From the NCBI GenBank assembly GCA_973895155.1, contig OZ316891.1, forward strand, positions 18,102,095 to 18,166,094: DNA of 64,000 nucleotides, in the 5' to 3' direction. Position numbers and translations under genes: made by a program. Below the pieces are notes generated by a model that was not told the DNA's origin, did no database searches, and saw only the letters and a program-made list of their open reading frames with translations. The stretch is from Marsupella aquatica (Eukaryota > Plantae > Marchantiophyta). This document shows positions 25,219-37,000 of the stretch, in pieces. Within the stretch, counting starts at the first letter, position 1, and each line of letters starts with the position of its first letter.

Positions 25219-27339
25219 ATTCTCAACTTGGGCTTTCCACTCCTTAAAAGTGGCAAAAACATCAGACTTACTGTGTAGAAAGTATATTCACATATACCTT
25301 GAGTAATTATCTATGAACGTGACATAGTATAACCGTCCAGAATGTGAGGGAGTAGGGGCTGGACCCCACACATCACTATGTACATACTCAAGTATCTCCT
25401 TGCTGGTGTGAGTTCCAACTCCGAAGGGTTTCCTGTGCTGCTTCCCTAGCACACAGTGCTCACAAAATTCCAACTTACAAGATTGCAAATTAGAAAGTAA
25501 TCCTTTCTTCTGAAGAATAACCAAACCTTTTTCACTCATGTGGCCCAAACGGAAGTGCCACAGCCGGGCTGTCTCCTCATGAGATAATGTTACATTGGCT
25601 TCATCACAAACAACACTGCCGTCCAAAATGTATAGATTGTTATGTCTCTTTCCCTTCAATACAACTTTAGTACCAGTTGAAACTTGAAGGACACCATTAG
25701 CAGAACTCCACTGATGATCATTTGCTTCTAAAACTCCAAGTGAAATGAGATTTTTCATCATGCTGGGAATATGTCTCACATTCCTCAATGTCCTTACAGC
25801 ACCATCAAACATCTGAAATCTTACAGATCCAAGTCCAATAATTTGATATGGGATTCTATTTCCCATCAACACTGACCCGTTGGAAACCGTGTAAGAACTA
25901 AAAAAATCTTTCCTAGAGTAAATGTGAAAAGTACATGCACTATCTAGAATCCAGTCATCACTACCTGGATTTGACACTACGTTGAGAGCATAACCTTGAC
26001 ATCACAATATGTCATCATCATCGAGTAAATTTACCTCATGCGAGCTTGATGCCGTGTTAGCAGAGGTAGTTGGGACCTTTACTCGACAATCCCTTTTCAT
26101 GTGGCCAGGCTTGCCACAATTTCAACATGCAAGAGGTTTCCTTTCTTGCAATTTCCCTCTGGATTTAGATCTCCCCGGTGATGTAGATCTAAACCTGTTC
26201 TGTCCATTCGTGCGCTGTGCTTGTCTTCCCCGGTTCACGTTCAGCGTAGTGCCAGAAGAAGATGCTGTCTGTGATTGACCCAGCTTCTTTTGAGCATCAT
26301 CAGACAGTAAAAAGCTCACCACCTCCTTATACGAAATGAACTTCAGATCTCTGTACAAGAGCACCTATTTCAAGCCCTGATATGACGGTGGTAAGGAGCT
26401 TAGCAGAAGTAAGGCCTTATCCTCATCTTCAACTCCTTTTCCGAAGTTTGACAGATCCACCGCAAGACTGTCAAACTCATCCAGGTGATCCTGCATCTTG
26501 CTCCCTTCCTTGAGCCTGAGGCTTATCAAGAGAGACTTTCTTGTACAGCCGGTCTGACGCATCTTCCGGTAGTACTTCTCTCTTAGAGCCTTGAACAGTG
26601 ACGCGCAATCCGCATAATCATCCAGCTGCTTGATGATGTGCAGCTTGAGATATAGCATCACTACATTGACAGCAATCACTTGCTCCTGTCTCCACTATCT
26701 CACAGAAATCTCCTCATCTCCATCATACTGCTCTCGCGAAGAGAGCGGATGAGCTAAGCCCATGGCCCGAAGGACACCCTTCACTTGCTTCTCCCACAGC
26801 AAGTAATCAGTACGACCATCGTACTTCTCCACCTCAAACTTTACTCCTCCAAATCTAGCCATCTCCCTCTTCTTCCCCACCACCGATAGCTCTGGTAATA
26901 GTACAGCTTCCTCCACTGCACGCCGCACTGGTGATCTTACCGGTGTCACAAGTTCCTCCTCAAACGGTAGCAGCTCTTCCTCAGACTCTCCGTCTGATCA
27001 TCGCGATCTTGAAGCTCCACCGACGCCAATTCTTCCAGTATCCTCCGAGTCACTCATATGAAACAATCACAAAAAAACGTCTTTTTTCAAAACTTCTCAC
27101 AAAACTCAAAACTCAACACCGCCGCTTAGCCCACGAAGCTAGGAGTCCAATACTGAAAGCCGAAATCAAAATCAAAATTTGACGAAAAAGTTATTCAAAT
27201 TTCGCTTGGGGTGGGTAAAACCTTGTCAAACTCCCCCGTCTTGACCACCTCGGAGAATAACCAAAATACCCAGTACAACCCGTCATCGGAATCGCAATGT
27301 GATCGGTGAACGGTAACTTTTTTGGTTCTTTTTCGGTGA

Positions 27340-27443
27340 GGATGTAACCTCATGTGGAGGTGAACCACGTATTTCTCTGTGTCGACTCTTGTACGTTGGA
27401 TGGTTCATGGACTTGCAATTGCGAATGTCGTCTATGCTCAACA
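27340..27443 (+). repeat. Inverted ~104-bp fragment of the outer Copia LTR (U5 end)
   Basis: Reverse complement reads TGTTGAGCATAGACGACATTCG...CCACATGAGG and aligns to 16258-16361 with about 10 mismatches. Confidence 0.9.
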
Positions 27444-28369
27444 TCACCACCCTTGCCCATGGGGGCAGCCAACCAGGAGGGGGCCGAGTAGGGGCGGGGT
27501 TGGGGCAAGAGTAGAATAAGAGACCCAACCCAACCCAATGTCAAGAGTGATAAAAGTGTGTTATGATTAGGGTAGGGGACATGGATGAGCATGAGAGAGT
27601 GAAATCTGGTTTGCTCTTGATACTAGATTGATTCAGGTTAAAAAGTTAAATTGCTTAATCAGTAGTGGAAAGCCATGGCAAAAGAAAGAATGGATCTGGG
27701 ACAAAGAAGAATGCCCATGTACTAAATCTCACTAGCAGCAAATAGGTTGAAATCCAACCCTAAAGGTTTCACTCAGCCATTTTGTTGTGTGTCTCTGCGT
27801 CTGGACTGTTGCATGCCTTTCCTCTCCATCAAATTGAGCAAAGTGTCCATTGCATTCTACTGGCCTCAACTCGAACTTTATTAGACAACAATTACACAAC
27901 TCTTCACCCAGAACCGTCAGATAAACTCACTCAGAGTAACCAAGTTGAAAAAGGCTTGCACTTTCCTGAATCATTCGTGCTTCTAAAGGCAGCGACCAAA
28001 GATGTGTCTTACCCAATTTCTCAGCATTGGCCCTTTGGAACAGGCCTTCACATGTTCAGCAGTTGTGTGCATGTTGAGGAGCTCAACCTTCAAGAAAAAA
28101 ATCCTCCAAGAATAACTACAGTACTTTGGCTCATATGTTGCTCACATCCAAGCGACTAAATCTCGACATATCATTCTACTAGAAAATTGCCTAAAATTGT
28201 TCATTTCCAGAGCAGCACTTGCACATAATGTAATCTCCTGAAGAGAAGGTGAGAAGGGCTGGATGGTTTCCAAAGACGGTTGTCAGGAGGTTCTCCTGCA
28301 AAATTTCCAGTACATGAGATTCCATTCTCAAGCAATAATTCCTCTAGACATGCGTAAGCAGTCGAAGTG

Positions 28370-29345
28370 ACCCATCAAATAAATCCGTTGGCTCAGTTTA
28401 GGGTTTGGGAGCCAAGTTACCTGAAACTCCTTCCTAGGAATCGATCGACTCAACCCCACCATTCAATTCCACATCAGCGCATCTGCGCGCAAAGGACTGC
28501 ATCAATTTCTTCTAGTTCTCAAATCCGTTGGCTCAGTTTAGGGCTCAGATGCCAAGACACTAGATATTCCCTCTCAGGAATCTATCGATTCAATTCGATA
28601 CAGCTACAATAGCATCGGTCTATCCACGAGGAAGGAACTGCATCGGTTCCTTCTGGTGCTGATGCGGAATTCAATCTTTTGCTAGTCCTGTGTAGATATT
28701 ACATTGGGACAGATCGAACAAATCGATTGGCTGAATTTAGGGTTTAAGTGCCACCATACTTGATCTTCCTTCACAGAAATCGATTGATTCAATTCCACGC
28801 TGTGACAATTACATCGAACATCTGCTTGATAATCCTTGCAATGAATCGATCGATTCAATTCGATACAGCAACAATGACATCGGTATTCCCCAGAAAGCAA
28901 TCGATTCAATCCACACAGAGTCAATGACATCGACCATCGACTTGATACTCTTTCCCAGGAATAATAAATCGGTCCGATTTCCACACGACGACAACATCGA
29001 TCCTTCTACGAGGAAGTAACTGCATCGGTTCTTTTGGCCCTCATGCTGAATGCAATTCTTTTTGCTGAGACCACAACATCAGTCATCTAGTCGATTCTCC
29101 TTCTCAGGAACAGATCGATTCAACGTCTACGAGGGCATCGATCCTTCGACGAGGACGGAATGGCATCGGTTTCTTCAGGCGCTCAAAGCGCAATGCAATT
29201 CTTTAAAATCAACTACCTACTAAATTCCCCTTCCCAGAAATAGATCGATTCTATAGAAAGAGTCAATCTTTCTATGAGGAAGGAATGCCATCGCCTCATG
29301 AGGACTGCATTGCTTGTGCTAAGACAACACATCGATCACCTATAC
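28370..29345. repeat. Degenerate ATCGAT-rich tandem repeat
   Basis: Recurring AATCGATTCAATTCGATACAGC and ACGAGGAAG..ACTGCATCGGTT units. Confidence 0.7.
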
Positions 29346-29624
29346 AGTACTTGATTCTCCATCCCAAACATAGGCCAATAGGGTTTCCACAACGACAGGA
29401 TTCCTTTCCATTGACATTTCTGCAAGTGATTGGGGTGATTCTTCCATTGAAATTGTGCAGTGGGCTCCATAGGTGATAGATGCGATTCTTCCATTGGAAT
29501 TGTGCTTTGGGTTTCTACTGGTGATTGATGTGATTCTTTCGTTGGAACTGGTAAAGGGGTGGAGGTGAAATGAATGCTAATGGAGGCTGTCATATTTGGA
29601 TTACGTTGGTCTCCTGTGAGGGAG

Positions 29625-29821
29625 GTGGGCTGCGCCTGCCTTGGAGGTAGTGCTAGACCAAGGCGACACTGGCGGGACCGAAGCAGCAAGCTACCCCGTT
29701 GGCCCCGCACCCTGAAAGAAATTAGATTAATATCGTGAGGGTCGATGACCCTCGTATCAGATATTAAACTGATAAGAACAGATACTACACTTGATCTTAG
29801 CCAAAAGGCCGAGAAAGGTAT
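29625..29821 (-). ncRNA. U2: U2 spliceosomal snRNA (variant stem-loop IV)
   Basis: Minus strand reads ATACCTTTCTCGGCCTTTTGGCTAAGATCAAGTGTAGTATCTGTTCTTATCAGTTTAATATCTGAT, the canonical plant U2 5' end with the branch-point recognition sequence GTAGTA. Stems IIb, III and IV can pair. Length ~197 nt. Confidence 0.95.
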
Positions 29822-30578
29822 GCTTCTCCAGTCTCACTCGTGAGTTTAAGTACCTACGTCAGTTGCACCAGCTGTGGTCCTTCACTTATGGTCTTTTCCT
29901 GAGAAGTTCTCTCACGTACCAACTGCTTGAGCAGATGTACAGGATACAGGGTTATACCAAGGATCGTTCCTGGTCCATCCTCATAAAGCAACCGCAGGCA
30001 TGGATGCCACGTTACTATGCTATGAGGTATAAGCTCTATGCTATGACCCTCCACAACGAGACGGGTGGGCTCCAAATCAAAATGCTCTTGCTCCACCTCG
30101 AACATTTTATTTGTTTTTCTAATGGGGCTTACAAGAGAACTCGGGGGCAGGTCTGTTTTTCCATGCAATCTATATCGACTCAACCGTAGGTCACTTTTCT
30201 TGCTGCTGTGGTCATGTCTTTTTTTATTATTATCGAAAACTTACACCACCTCCACGTCTTGAGGTGGTCTATAGAGAGCACTGCATTTCTATTCAGCAGT
30301 CCATTCAATTCAAGACCTTGCATTAATTTTCTCCAGACATGACTTACTTTGGCTCAGGACAACGATTTGTGCCACCTAGCTACAATAAAGCGTCCAGCAA
30401 TGGTTAGACAGGGTTTCCTTTATTTTGGGCAGGTGGCACTGACACTCTACTTAGCAAAATAGTTTGTAGGCTCACATGATGACTGTTAGATCTATACATG
30501 GTCAGATCGGGGCCTTTCATTTTGGCCAATAATCACTACAACTTAGTTAAAACATCTTGGCATCATTCACAAACAATA

Positions 30579-30762
30579 GGGCATGTCAAAGTTATCCCAT
30601 AACACTTTGGTTACTGTTTTATTTTTTTGGACCTACCACCCGTATAGTGTACATATTTTGGTAATCCATAACAATTCTGTCGTGGCAACAATTCTATTGT
30701 GGCCATATGTGTGTTTTATGTCCTGAGCCGTAACTCAGGTACAACTGTGTTTTGATACGCCC
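30579..30762. mobile_element. MITE with GGGCRTGTCAAA TIRs and TA target duplication
   Basis: TA|GGGCATGTCAAA ... TTTGATACGCCC|TA. Confidence 0.65.
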
Positions 30763-30914
30763 TAATGGCACATTAAGGAACCCTGGTTGCGGATGTCAGC
30801 ACCCCAGTTACAGTAAAGCTTTCCAGTAAGGACAAGTAGTTACAGCCAGGTTACAGTAAGCTTTCCTGTAAAGGTTGGATTGTCCTTACCATTCTGTCTC
30901 GCTGTCATCTCATC

Positions 30915-30955
30915 CCTTTCCTTTCCCTTCCTTTCCTTTCCTTTCCTTTCCTTTC
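30915..30955. repeat. (TTTCC)n microsatellite
   Basis: About 7 consecutive TTTCC/CTTCC units. Confidence 0.85.
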
Positions 30956-32781
30956 AGTAGTCGACGAGGCTGAGAAACACTGCGATTGATCGAGGAATTG
31001 ATTGCTCTGCTTCAATTTGCCGGGAGGTGTAGGATTGAGCGCTCTGCTTCAATTTGCTCGGAGGTTTTCGATTGATTGCTCTGCTTCGATTTTCCGGGAG
31101 ACGTCCGATTAGTAGCTCTGCTTCAATTCGCTGCTCAGGTTGGACTGTCGACCAGGCTGCGGAATTGGAGCTGATCGAATGCTTGATTGGAATTATCCGT
31201 TCCGCTCCGCTGTACGCTAATGAACTTGAACATGCTTTGCTTTGCCGCTGCGAAATTTTGACTAGTGGGTGCTTGATTTCTCGGCTGTCTATTACACTGA
31301 TGTGCCTGCATTTCCTTATGCTGCTGCTACTGCTGCTGTCGTCGTCGTTGTCGTCGTCGTTGTTGTTGACCAGAATGTGTCGCTCCGGCTCCGACTGTTG
31401 AAGGACGTGCTTGATCTGTTTCGTCTCCATGGACAGCTTTTCTCTGCTACTCTTTGTCTCGATCATTACCTCTGGCGCTTAGATTTTCTTCTTCGTCTTC
31501 TTCCTCTTCTTCGGTGCTGCTCCTTCTGCACTTTGTGAGACTTCAATGCATGCAGGCTTCTCGGCTGGTTCTGTGTCTTCTGCTTCTGCTGGTCTTCTTT
31601 GAATTTGTTCTTCTTCTTGTTCTTTGTTGCTCTTTGTTCGACTTCAATGTACTCTCCTGTAACCTTATTCGGTTTTCTCTCCTGCTTACCTTTGTTGTCC
31701 TTTCCAGTTCCATCTTCTATCTGCGTACTGCCCTTGCTTTTGCTTTTGCTTCTGCTTCTGCTACTTTTACTGCGTTTTTTCGACTGCCTGTACTTGATGC
31801 TGGACATATTCTTCGGCTTCTACCGTTGCAGGCGTTAATCTTTATTACTAGACCTTTTTCTGCTTCTGCATGTTTGAGAGGGAGGCTTTGTTTGAGGCGC
31901 CTCATCTTTTGCTGTTCACCTTTGTAAAGACTTTGAATTGGGGTGCATGAATGGACAAACTCCTCCCGCTCCTGATGCTCTTCTGCCTTGGCTGGTTCCT
32001 TGACCTTCCCCCAAATATCCCGGCGCAGATTCCTTTTCATTGTTCTAAGAGGTTCCAAACCACTGTGCAGACTAGAACGGTGGTGCATGTTCTTCATAGT
32101 TCAACATCTACTTTCTTAAAATTTGGGAATGAGCTTGTGAATTCATTTTTTGTCAGGAAGGGAGATTTGACCTTTAGTACCATCTGCTTGAGATAAGAAA
32201 TGGAGATATGATCGATATTCGCGGTGTTCCTGCGACTCAAATGGCAGTTTTAAGAGCTTTTACTGGATTAATATACTAAATTAGCAGATGCTTGGGTGCG
32301 CAGATCTTCTGTCATTGAATGTATTGCGATCAATGCACTTGGAAGACTGTGCATTGGGAAGTAAGGTGGATGATGAAGCAAGCAAACGTGGGAATAAGAC
32401 TGCTTTTGCGTTGAGCTTGGTTGAGCTGAAAACATAGTCTTTTCTCATCACCTCTCCTACAGACCTTGAAAGATCTCATTTCGTGAACGGAAGGGGACCC
32501 GGAGAGCTCGGAGTCATCTTTCCGCTACTCATCATTTTCTCTGTGCCTGGCCAAATTCCCTGTCTGTGATCTATTTTTGACGCTTATCCAACCATTGGTC
32601 TTTGTCGCCAAATTGTCTTTCCAGATATTTTCCTTTAAAGCTCTGCATGGTCAAGAGGCTTCATTCGGAGCCTTCTCCAAGTGCTTGAAGGGAAGATTTT
32701 CATCTTGTTTGCCTTTCGTTCCACGGGATCATATCACCCCATGGATAGCTTAGATTCTTGTTAGAGGCGAAAATCAGTGTT

Positions 32782-33885
32782 ATGATCTTCATGATATACC
32801 CTGCTCAGTCCAGGATCACTTTTACAACATCATCTGCTTCACTGCCTCCCCCGTATCTGAGCTCATCGCCGTCTTTGCGTTGGCACCGTAAGTCTGCTTC
32901 AACTCGTGCTAAGTTTGGCAATCTCGTCGCTGACAATTCAAGTTATCAGAAGGGGCTGCAAGTGACAGCTGGGCAGCGAACTTTAATCACGGTTGACTGC
33001 TTCATCTGCCAGGCTCGTGAGAAAAGTGACAAGAGGGTCTCTGGTTCCGAAATACCTATACCAAAGTCTTCAATGCCGACTTCAATGTCGAGTGCAATGC
33101 CAGCACCCCTTGGATCTGCGTCCTTTTATCCAATGAAAGGCTTCTTCTTCTTTCTCCAGAGTGAAAGTCGCGCTGTGCTGTGGCAACGAATAACAAGATT
33201 TACAGCCGAAGTTGGGGTTGCTGCGGTGGCTATATGTGGGTCACTGTTCAAGTTCACATTTTACTCACAACAAGGTCTCGTCCTCAAAGTTCTTCCACAC
33301 TTTTTTGGAACTCCAGGTACCATTATCCTGATCTTGATCGAGACGGCCATACCCCTGACCCTGTTTTTCCAGAAGCGTATGGAAAGAGTTCAAGAGAAGC
33401 TGTTTGTCGATGTCATGCGCATCCAGGGTGTGAATGTGGAAAAAGCGTCAGCAGACGAACGTGAATTGATTGATGAACAACGAGAGGTTCAGAGGCGTGA
33501 GAGAGAAGGACAGAGCCCGTCTATTATGAGATGGCTTGCAGATCCTGCAACTTTATACGATCGTCCATTAACTAAGTACTTTTTCACCCTCCCTCTGAAC
33601 TTCGTTCCAGTTGCTGGTCAGGCAGCCTTTTGCTGGGTGAATTCTATGGACATGTCAGCTCCGCTGCATCACTACTACTACTCCAAGCTCAAAGGACTGT
33701 CGAGCGAGGAGGAGGCTACACTAATTTACTTCAGGAGGAAGCAGTATCAGCAATTTGGACTCCTGGCAGCTGCTTTGTCACTCTGCCCCGGCGCCAACAT
33801 CGTGCTCTTGCTCACCAACGCAGTCGGTGCTGGTCTGTGGGCCGCTGACATTGAGAAGTCCATGGCAAAGCGCCGTAAATTGTAG
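32782..33885 (+). CDS. EI24/CysZ-like family multi-pass membrane protein resembling fungal Lds1/Lds2/Rrt8; intronless; start codon uncertain
   Basis: Long open frame with FYPMKGFFFFL, PLNFVPVAG, HHYYYSKLKG, YQQFG and TNAVGAGLWAADIEK. These match the recalled fungal pattern YPLxGxxYFL...PLNFIPVVG...HxRYFQLKG...TNxVGAALWAADLE. Confidence 0.75.
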   Translation: MIFMIYPAQSRITFTTSSASLPPPYLSSSPSLRWHRKSASTRAKFGNLVADNSSYQKGLQVTAGQRTLITVDCFICQAREKSDKRVSGSEIPIPKSSMPTSMSSAMPAPLGSASFYPMKGFFFFLQSESRAVLWQRITRFTAEVGVAAVAICGSLFKFTFYSQQGLVLKVLPHFFGTPGTIILILIETAIPLTLFFQKRMERVQEKLFVDVMRIQGVNVEKASADERELIDEQREVQRREREGQSPSIMRWLADPATLYDRPLTKYFFTLPLNFVPVAGQAAFCWVNSMDMSAPLHHYYYSKLKGLSSEEEATLIYFRRKQYQQFGLLAAALSLCPGANIVLLLTNAVGAGLWAADIEKSMAKRRKL

Positions 33886-34664
33886 TGTAGGGTCGCTCTT
33901 CCTTGCTCTGCTCTGGGCTTGAATCTGCGACCTCTGTTGTACAGACTGTTAATATAGCTTACCTGCAGTAGTTGACAAGGCTCTTAATCCGTGTCTCTGA
34001 GAAAGAATTCACCGTGCATGTCATTTAGTCCTTTCGGAGTGTGCATCAATGCAAGGACGACCACGACTAGCTTGCAAGAACAGATATGGAATGTTTAGTG
34101 TATCTGAGTCTTTGCATGACGTCAGTTTATCCGTCATTGATGAAATTGCGAGTGGCCTTGATACCTGAATGCAGGGTATGGCAAAAGAATATGAAATTCT
34201 CGATTATAGTTTCAGACGTGTCTTCCCTCGATTCGTATCTGGATTGTTGGAAATCTTCGTCTCCCGCTGGGTTTCTTTCAGGAGCCGAATCGGTCTCGGT
34301 TATGCACTGCCACAGTCGAAGTAAGGTCCGTGTCGTTGGAGTTGTTTATATAGGCAGGAAACTTCCACTCCTGGTTCAGGTGTTGTGGTCTACCTTCTAG
34401 TCTTCAGTTCCGTAGACTCAATGGGATCGAGGCTCCGGAGTATTTACCTGGAACGGATTGTAGTCATTTTGCATGTGGGTTGTTCAATGACAGATGAATC
34501 TTAGCTGGGACTAGTTCAACCTTTCTGAGTACAAGGGTCTGCTCCGTTCCGACCCCATAGTAGATTACGTGTTCTCAAAAGGCTGATTATTCTCCCATCC
34601 TCCCTCAAAAAGGAAGATCAGAAGAATCGTAAGAAAACGGTGCACTGCCCCAATTCATTCTGAA

Positions 34665-34990
34665 AGGTTTATCCATATAGATAGTTCTCTTAGGAAAACG
34701 AACCCTTTCCCATCTTGAAAGCTTTTGTTATACCTTCTCTCACTAGGACTGTCCCGTGTTCCAACGGTTTATCCATTTATATAATTTTCTTAGGAAAACG
34801 AACCTTTCCCATCTTGAAAGCTTGTGTTATACCTTCTCTCACTAGGACTGTCAGCTTGGAATTCTCCTACAATCACTGGTTCAATTCCCATTTCCCTCTA
34901 GCATAGTCTTCCACTTCATTTCTTATTCTCCTACAATCACTGGTTCAACTCTTATTTCTCTCTAGCATAGTCTCCACTTCATTTCTTTTG
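34665..34990. repeat. Two adjacent tandem duplications (~104-bp unit, then ~64-bp unit)
   Basis: GGTTTATCCAT...TAGGAAAACGAACC...CACTAGGACTGTC occurs twice. ATTCTCCTACAATCACTGGTTCAA...CCACTTCATTTCTT occurs twice. Confidence 0.85.
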
Positions 34991-37000
34991 GACATACACA
35001 CATGTGAAGGGGCTCTGAGAGGTAAATGTATTTGTTTTTATTTAATATGGATGGATCTATCTCAGGTCCTTCGGAAGATCTTCACGGATGGCAAATCTTG
35101 GACGACCTGGGCATTTCTTACTGTAATACTCTCAACCAAGGGATCGATGAATTAGTCATTAAAACATACCCACTACGACGTGTCTCTCAACCGAGTTGTC
35201 GTGACAATCAACTCCAAAGGAAGCCGTCAGGCCTCTACTAGCATTTCGTGTTGGAAAGAAATTTGCCCTGGTGAGATTTCAACCAGTAGAAGCTAGTTCT
35301 GGTCACTGTGATTGGCTGAAAGGAATCTTGTAGCCTTGGTATCACCGTCCCAGTAGGCAAATTCACTCTAATCGTTCACACATTCTCGTTTGGCAATGAT
35401 ATCTGCCCTGTGCAGAACAACTAAGCGGCCTCGCTTGAAACAATTTTTGGCGATGGCTCTGTAGGCTTCAACCATGTGGCAAAATAGGAGGAATGGCATT
35501 GGAACCACGTTGACATGATGTGTAGAGACTCGAATAAGTTGCAACAGTTTAGTTTCATGGAAATTACCACATTGCTTCACCATCAGTGGCCACTCCTGTG
35601 CACTGTAGTGGTTTCCTTTCCCTACTCAGCCGGGGCTGAAATAATGGCAGATCATATCTCACTCCCCACTAAGTCTTTGCATGATTTCTTCTGTATTATT
35701 GGAAAGCTCTTGAAAGCCCCAGCTGAATCATATGAGGTTTAAGGTAAGTCTTTGCTTATGCTCTGTAGTACGACATTTCGCGAAGTGCTTAAACGTTTTA
35801 TTTCAATAGCCTTTCATAGTCAGTTTCATGAAGGTGTCTTCGGACATTTGGTGCATTATCTCCTTCCTTAGAAAATGATTTAAGTCTGTTTTGCCAAGGA
35901 CCTCTGTGCCAATTTGATGCCATTCTGTGCCCACTGTGATCCCCCACTATCCATTGCAGGGAAAGCCATGTATCTGCTTAACACTGGTTTGAAACATGTT
36001 TTAACATTTCAAACCAGCAGAAGTATATACCACACTGCAAATGAAACCGGATCCCAAACCGGATCCCAAAGGCATGAGACCCAGTAAAGGGGGAAAACAA
36101 ATGGAAAACCCCATGAGCAAGAAAGCCTAGGAGTCCATATAACAAGCCCCATGGAGCAGCAAACTGAAAAGCCTAGTAAATTTTTGGACTAAACCTCACA
36201 AGAGGGTCACAAAGAGCAATTTGTCTAGAGACAGACCCTAAAACCAACAACCTCGGCCCTATGAAGAATAGCAAAAGCCTGAGCCCCCTGTAGTGCCTAA
36301 ACCCCTGTTGTCTAACGAAGTCGTGAGGATAATCCATAGGTGTGGAGAATATGCATCAACACTAAAACTAGGTTTGTCTCATGCACTCATTCATGGGATT
36401 CACCTTCAAGAAAATATGCCCTGACAATCTCAGCAAATGACCAAAATATGTCGAAGACAAATTTAGGTGCCACACGTATTACTTCGTGTTACATATGTTA
36501 GCAGCCTGTCTATGCTGGGTCTACCATTGTCGTGTTTACCTCTGTGTAAGAAACATGATTTGTGTACAAGGTTTTATAAGGAACAGCCTCGTCATGAAAT
36601 TTTCAAGCTTTGAGTGATTCCAATAGTTTCTGTACAAATCTCAGTATCAGACTGCCCAGTGATATCGGAGATAAACCTTTCACACAAAGACATGGCAGGA
36701 ATGAATTCTTTCCGTCTCAGGCTATCCGATATAGATGTGACGACACCCCAAGTATAGTACTCCCCTTGTCGAGCCCATCCTTGCTTCCCTCTGGAATGCT
36801 TTCTTCTGTGGAACTGATCATGATACCTCGGAGATTTGAGATCAATTAGTGTCTAAACCACTTGAAAGGTCCTGCTGGCGACAGATTAAGAATCTCTATT
36901 GAAAGGCAGGGTTCTAACCATCATGACCAATCACGGTGACATGCACCACCCGGATTGCTGTGAACAAGAGATTTCTGAACTTTTTCGTAAAGTAGATTTC

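Larger units (their letters stand above)
16258..27443 (-). mobile_element. Outer Ty1/Copia LTR retrotransposon (Tnt1/Tork-like), degenerate, split by a nested copy; 5' LTR replaced by rearranged fragments
   Basis: 3' LTR 16258-16601 (TG...CA) with an adjacent PPT. RNaseH ([19 protein letters not shown]), RT (YVDDML), integrase split at 19253/25219, protease (WILDSACTFH) and gag (KFEVEKYDG, zinc-knuckle remnant). Many stops and frameshifts. Confidence 0.92.

Noticed and set aside
32657-32672. AGGCTTCATTC, a partial miR166-like word
   Set aside because: Only 11 nt match and there is no long fold-back.
35270-35960. Possible decayed LINE or gene remnants here and at 27780-28350, 48300-49300 and 57500-59420
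   Set aside because: No diagnostic motif could be recognised with confidence.
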